Below, in pieces: positions 55,220-64,000 of a stretch of 64,000 nucleotides of DNA; positions within the stretch are counted from its first letter, which is position 1, and each line of letters starts with the position of its first letter. The position numbers and the translations under genes were made by a program. This stretch comes from Macrostomum lignano (lineage: Eukaryota), in NCBI GenBank assembly GCA_002269645.1, contig NIVC01000075.1, positions 213,969 to 277,968 of the forward strand, read 5' to 3'. Under the pieces are notes generated by a model. That model made no database searches and was not told the DNA's origin. It saw only the letters and a list, made by a program, of their open reading frames with translations.

Positions 55220-56715
55220 TGTCGGAGATATGAGGCGTCTGAGATACGAAGTGTCAGAGGTATGGAGTGTCGAAGATACGAGCTGTCAGAGATGAGAGCT
55301 GTCGGAGGTATGGAGTGTCTGAGATATGAAGCGTCGGAGCTACGATCTGTCGGAGATATGAGCTGTCGAAGTTATAGTGTCGGAGATATGAGCTGTCGAA
55401 GATATTAAGTATCGGAGATATGAGCTGTCGAAGATATAGTGTCGGAGATATGAAGTATCGGAGATATGAGCTGTCGAAGATATAGTGTCGGAGATATGAG
55501 CTGTTGGAGATATAGTGTCGGAGATATGAGCTGTCGAAGATATGAAGTATCAGAGATATGAGCTGTCGGAGATATAGTGTCGGAGATATGAGCTGTCGAA
55601 GATATGAAGTGTCAGAGATATGAGCTGTCAGAGATATGAGCTGTCGAAGATATGAAGTGTCAGAGATATGAGCTGTCAGAGACATGAGCTGTCGAAGATA
55701 TAGTGTCAGACATATGAAGTAATCGGAGATATGAAGTAATCGGAGATATGAAGTATCGGAGATATGAGCTGTCGAAGATATAGTGTCGGAGATATGAAGT
55801 AATCGGAGATATGAAGTATCGGAGATATGAGCTGTCGAAGATATAGTGTCGGAGATATGAGCTGTCGAAGATATGAAGTATCAGAGAAATGAGCTGTCAG
55901 AGATATGAGCTGTCGAAGATATAGTGTCAGACATATGAAGTAATCGGAGATATGAAGTATCGGAGATATGAGCTGTCGAAGATATAGTGTCGGAGATATG
56001 AAGTATCGGAGATATGAAGTATCGGAGCTAGATATGAGCTGTCGAAGATATAGTGTCGGAGATATAGTGTCGGAGATATGAAGTAATCGGAGATATGAAG
56101 TATCGGAGATATGAGCTGTCGAAGATATAGTGTCGGAGATATGAAGTAATCGGAGATATGAAATAATCGGAGATATGAAGTATCGGAGATAGGAGCTGTC
56201 GAAGATATAGTGTCGGAGATATGAAGTATCGGAGATATGAGCTGTCGAAGATATAGTGTCGGAGATATGAGCTGTCGGAGATATGAAGTATCGGAGATAT
56301 GAGCTGTCGAAGATATAGTGTCGGAGATATAGTGTCGGAGATATGAAGTAATCGGAGATATGAAGTAATCGGAGATATGAAGTATCGGAGATATGAGCTG
56401 TCGAAGATATAGTGTCGGAGATATGAGCTGTCGGAGATATGAAGTATCGGAGATATGAGCTGTCGAAGATATAGTGTCGGAGATATAGTGTCGGAGATAT
56501 GAAGTAATCGGAGATATGAAGTAATCGGAGATATGAAGTATCGGAGATATGAGCTGTCGAAGATATAGTGTCGGACATATGAAGTAATCGGAGATATGAA
56601 ATATCGGAGATATGAGCTGTCGAAGATATAGTGTCGGAGATATGAAGTATCGGAGATATGAGCTGTCGAAGATATAGTGTCGGAGATATGAAGTGTAGGA
56701 AATTATATGTCGTAG
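55220..56715 (+). repeat. Composite satellite of 14-16-bp subunits (gagatatgaagtatcg / gagatatgagctgtcg / aagatatagtgtcg)
   Basis: Direct reading. Confidence 0.95.
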
Positions 56716-57369
56716 ATATGACGCCCCGTAACTTTCTGATTTTCAGGCATCTATATGCTTTTAGGTCGGTTGGCCCTCTTGAACTAAAATCGCACGACAG
56801 ATTTTTCAAACCGAATATTGTTGAATTATTGGGCATGCACATTCGAGCTGCCAATGGCTAAACTAAGCTGGAAGAAGTTGGGCCGTTAAGGACATATATG
56901 AAGCTGTAGTGCATACAAATGGCATTATAAATAATTCCATATTTTTATTCCACCAAGCAAAGCAATCGACAGCGCTTCGCTCCAATCTTATACTCATAGC
57001 TGACAGGCCTGTTCAGTGCGCGCGAGGCAAAACAGCTGCACAGCTTGCATATTTAATCCTGTCTACACCCGCATAGCTGGATTTTACTGAGCTGCCAATC
57101 TAAACTGCATGGTCATGGCAGATATTTGCCCGCCCGTAGCTGTCGTATTTTTCTAGTAAATCCGACTCAATCTACACTTTGTTAATTTGTGCGGTCAGAT
57201 AGTACTAAATTTATGTGATGTCTGAGAGACACGATTATAGGAGTTCATATCATTTATGCCATCCATGCTAATTGTTTGCTCTGTGTACATACGGGCGTTT
57301 TACTTAATTGGCTTTTTCTCGGTTTGGGTGTTTGGGTGAGTCGGAATTGGGGAGTCAGGGGTTGGATAG

Positions 57370-59165
57370 ATGAGTGTCAGCAAGAATCGGATTGGGGTGT
57401 CAGCAAGAATCGAATTGGGTGTCAGAAAGAGTCAGATTGGGTGTCAGCAAGAGTCGGATTGGGGTGTCATCAAGAATCGAATTGGGTGTCAGCAAGAGTC
57501 AGATTGGGTGTCAGCAAGAGTCGGATTGGGGTGTCAGCAAAAGTCGGATTGGGTGTCAGCAAGAGTCGAATGGGGTGTCAGCAAGAATCGAATTGGGTGT
57601 CAGCAAGAGTCGAATGGGGTGTCAGCAAGAATCGAATTGGGTGTCAGAAAGAGTCGGATTGGGTGTCAGCAAGAGTCGAATGGGGTGTCAGCAAGAGTCG
57701 GATTTGGGTGTCAGAAAGAGTTGGATTGGGGTGTCAGCTAGAGTCGGATTGGGTGTCAGCAAGAGTTGAATTGGGGTGTCAGCAAGAGTCGGATTGGGTG
57801 TCAGCAAGAATCGAATTGGGTGTCAGCAAGAGTCAGATTGGGTGTCAGCAAGAGTCGGATTGGGGTGTCAGCAAGAGTCGGATTGGGTGTCAGCAAGAGT
57901 CGAATGGGGTGTCAGCAAGAATCGAATTGGGTGTCAGCAAGAGTCGAATGGGGTGTCAGCAAGAGTCGGATTGGGTGTCAGCAAGAGTCGAATGGGGTGT
58001 CAGCAAGAGTCGGATTGGGGTGTCAGCAAGAATCGAATTGGGTGTCAGCAAGAATCGAATTGGGTGTCAGCAAGAGTCGAATGGGGTGTCAGCAAGAGTC
58101 GGATTGGGTGTCAGCAAGAGTCGGATTGGGTGTCAGCAAGAGTCGGATTGGGTGTCAGCAAGAGTCGGATTGGGTGTCAGCAAGAGTCGAATGGGGTGTC
58201 AGCAAGAGTCGGATTGGGGTGTCAGCAAGAATCGAATTGGGTGTCAGCAAGAATCGAATTGGGTGTCAGCAAGAGTCGAATGGGGTGTCAGCAAGAGTCG
58301 GATTGGGTGTCAGCAAGAGTCGGATTGGGTGTCAGCAAGAGTCAGATTGGGGTGTCAGCAAGAGTCGGATTGGGTGTCAGCAAGAGTCGAATGGGGTGTC
58401 AGCAAGAATCGAATTGGGTGTCAGCAAGAGTCGAATGGGGTGTCAGCAAGAGTCGGATTGGGTGTCAGCAAGAGTCGAATGGGGTGTCAGCAAGAGTCGG
58501 ATTGGGGTGTCAGCAAGAATCGAATTGGGTGTCAGCAAGAGTCGAATGGGGTGTCAGCAAGAGTCGGATTGGGTGTCAGCAAGAGTCGGATTGGGGTGTC
58601 AGCAAGAGTCGGATTGGGGTGTCAGCAAGAGTCGGATCGGGTGTCAGCAAGAGTCGGATTGGGGTGTCAGCAAGAGTCGGATTGGGGTGTCAGCAAGAGT
58701 CGGATTGGGGTGTCAGCAAGAGTCGGATTGGGGTGTCAGCAAGAGTCGGATTGGGGTGTCAGCAAGAGTCGGATTGGGTGTCAGCAAGATTCGAATCTGG
58801 TGTCAGCAAGAGTCGGATTGGGGTGTCAGCAAAAGTCGGATTGGGTGTCAGCAAGAGTCGGATTGGGGTGTCAGCAAGAGTCGGATTGGGGTGTCAGCAA
58901 GAGTCGGATTGGGGTGTCAGCAAGAGTCGGATTGGGGTGTCAGCAAGAGTCGGATCGGGTGTCAGCAAGAGTCGGATTGGGGTGTCAGCAAGAGTCGGAT
59001 TGGGGTGTCAGCAAGAGTCGGATTGGGGTGTCAGCAAGAGTCGGATTGGGGTGTCAGCAAGAGTCGGATTGGGTGTCAGCAAGATTCGAATCTGGTGTCA
59101 GCAAGAGTCGGATTGGGGTGTCAGCAAGAGTCGGATTGGGGTGTCAGCAAGAGTCGGATTGGGTG
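57370..59165 (+). repeat. 22-23-bp minisatellite (gggtgtcagcaagagtcggatt)
   Basis: Direct reading. Confidence 0.95.
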
Positions 59166-59439
59166 TATCTTCGAACTAAAATCATCGTGTCACCCTTAAT
59201 AAATGGTTCAATATTTGGCGCATGTTTTTCTGCCTAATTCCTTAACAAAAATATACTACTGCATGCACAGAAGTAACAAATATCTACTTGCCAACTGCAA
59301 CTTGGAATGTTAATAAAATCTTTGTAGGATAGAGCTGCTTGCTAGCTTTCTTGTCTGACAAATAAATAGTTTTCTGCATGTTTCGGATCAATTCAGTCTG
59401 TTAATTTGCGAGATAGCGCAGCGTTATTTTCGATTCTAA

Positions 59440-60842
59440 TAGCTAATAGCGGCTTGTGAATAGTCAGCCTCACAATTCTAATAGCTAATAGCGGCTTGTG
59501 AATAGTCAGCCTCACAATTCTAATAGCTAAGAGCGGCTTGTGAATAGTCAGCCTCACAATTCTAATAGCTAATAGCGGCTTGTGAATTGTCAGCCTCACA
59601 ATTCTAATAGCTAAGAGCGGCTTGTGAATTGTCAGCCTCACAATTTTAATAGCTAATAGCGGCTTGTGAATAGTCAGCCTCACAATTCTAATAGCTAATA
59701 GCGGCTTGTGAATTGTCAGCCTCACAATTCTAATAGCTAATAGCTGCTTGTGAATAGTCAGCCTCACAATTCTAATAGCTAGTAGCGGCTTGTGAATTGT
59801 CAGCCTCACAATTCTAATAGCTAGTAGCGGCTTGTGAATTGTCAGCCTCACAATTCTAATAGCTAATAGCGGCTTGTGAATTGTCAGCCTCACAATTTAA
59901 TAGCTAGTAGCGGCTTGTGAATTGTCAGCCTCACAATTTTAATAATAGCTAGTAGCGGCTTGTGAATTGTCAGCCTCACAATTCTAATAATAGCTAGTAG
60001 CGGCTTGTGAATTGTCAGCCTCACAATTTTAATAATAGCTAGTAGCGGCTTGTGAATAGTCAGCCTCACAATTCTAATAGCTAAGAGCGGCTTGTGAATA
60101 GTCAGCCTCACAATTCTAATAGCTAATAGCGGCTTGTGAATAGTCAGCCTCACAATTCTAATAGCTAAGAGCGGCTTGTGAATAGTCAGCCTCACAATTC
60201 TAATAGCTAATAGCGGCTTGTGAATTGTCAGCCTCACAATTCTAATAGCTAATAGCGGCTTGTGAATTGTCAGCCTCACAATTCTAATAGCTAGTAGCGG
60301 CTTGTGAATTGTCAGCCTCACAATTCTAATAGCTAGTAGCGGCTTGTGAATTGTCAGCCTCACAATTCTAATAGCTAATAGCGGCTTGTGAATTGTCAGC
60401 CTCACAATTTTAATAGCTAGTAGCGGCTTGTGAATTGTCAGCCTCACAATTCTAATAATAGCTAGTAGCGGCTTGTGAATTTTCAGCCTCACAATTCTAA
60501 TAATAGCTAGTAGCGGCTTGTGAATTGTCAGCCTCACAATTCTAATAATAGCTAGTAGCGGCTTGTGAATTGTCAGCCTCACAATTCTAATAGCTAGTAG
60601 CGGCTTGTGAATTGTCAGCCTCACAATTTTAATAATAGCTAGTAGCGGCTTGTGAATTGTCAGCCTCACAATTCTAATAATAGCTAGTAGCGGCTTGTGA
60701 ATTGTCAGCCTCACAATTCTAATCGCTAGTAGCGGCTTGTGAATTGTCAGCCTCACAATTCTAATAATAGCTAGTAGCGGCTTGTGAATTGTCAGCCTCA
60801 CAATTCTAGTAGTAGCTAGAGGCTTGTGAATAGTCAGCCTCA
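59440..60842 (+). repeat. 42/45-bp minisatellite (gtcagcctcacaattctaatagctaatagcggcttgtgaata)
   Basis: Direct reading. Units are multiples of 3, which produces spurious minus-strand ORFs. Confidence 0.95.
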
Positions 60843-61753
60843 CTGTTGCCGGTCAGGTCCTCAGTCCACTCTCGAACTCCGAACTGAGCCGAGTCTCTTT
60901 TCTACCTGTCCTAGTCAGCCTCGGGCCAAATCAGGTCTGACTTTCACTGACACTAGTTTCTCTTTCCCCTACTAGCCATTCAGCTTCTGTCAATGCTGCT
61001 GCTTTGTCCGCGCGAACCGTCCCACCAGCAACTGTTTGATCCGATCTGCTCTCGCATCTCTACCCCCCCCCCAAGACGACCTTGTCATTCAATCTTCCTC
61101 ACTCGCGCTCTCACTCGCCGTCTGCCCCCCTTCGCTCATCGCACCCAACTATCCAGCGCTCCCGGGCTTGTCGTCCGTCCCCTTTCCCTGGAGCAACTCG
61201 GAGCACTCCTCACCTCCCCTTTCAGCTCGATTCCGACAGTCTCTGCTGCCTCCTTTTTAAAAAGAAAGCAAGCCAAGCAAGCCTTTATAATCCCTTTAGG
61301 AAGGATTCGCGGAAGCCACTCGGCGTATTGCAATATTCAATCTGCTCCCCCGGAGAGCACACTGGCTGACTAGAAGAACTCCATACTGCTGCTACTGACT
61401 GCCGAACCAATTTACTTAGGTCGCTAAACTGCCCACAAGGAAAATAGAAAGCGAGGAAAAGAAACAGAGCGGCAAAAGGGGAGGAGAGAGGAAGAAGAAG
61501 AGAGTCTAAAGCCAAGCCACTCTACTCGCGCAGAAGAATACCAATCGATTTTCTGCCCGGACTCCAGTCCCCGAAAAATCTCTCTCTCTCAGGCTCAGCT
61601 AGGGTCTCATTCCCGCCTAATCCCCGCCAGCCACCCCCAAGTTCCGCCCCCCCCCCCCCGGTTAAGCGTGTGTGCGGAGTGTGCCAGAAGGGCAGACCGG
61701 TTCCCCTGTTGTGTGCGCGCGGTATAAATCCCATAGCAGCTGGTGAGAGAGCC

Positions 61754-64000
<2,247 letters not shown>

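Noticed and set aside
55254-60843. Long repetitive ORFs (382, 653, 477, 467, 317 aa)
   Set aside because: They arise from satellite units lacking stops in some frames; no non-repetitive coding context.

Overview
Eukaryotic (animal) genomic DNA with GT-AG introns and very dense micro/minisatellites. The style suggests a flatworm such as Macrostomum lignano, but that is inference only. The left half (1-33 kb) is a tandem array of three paralogous 7-exon genes (A partial, B, C; B and C each 671 aa by my splice models). They encode a secreted protein: signal peptide - VWA1 - two Cys modules - VWA2 - Cys module - VWC-like tail. VWA1 is almost invariant between B and C, VWA2 is highly diversified on its predicted ligand-binding face, and the closest-paralog relationship switches from exon to exon. 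The spacers and introns hold a Penelope GIY-YIG fragment with a hammerhead-like motif, a P/THAP element (TIRs, 8-bp TSD) nested in a gypsy LTR, two deleted Crypton-like tyrosine-recombinase elements, and MITEs. The right half holds an atypical insulin-like peptide gene, a 9-exon B-box/coiled-coil/Tudor gene (about 1232 aa) with a sharply CpG-depleted first intron, RCL1, several large tandem arrays, and an indel-riddled PKA type II regulatory subunit running off the end. All exon models were built by hand from splice signals and phase consistency; no database searches were run.
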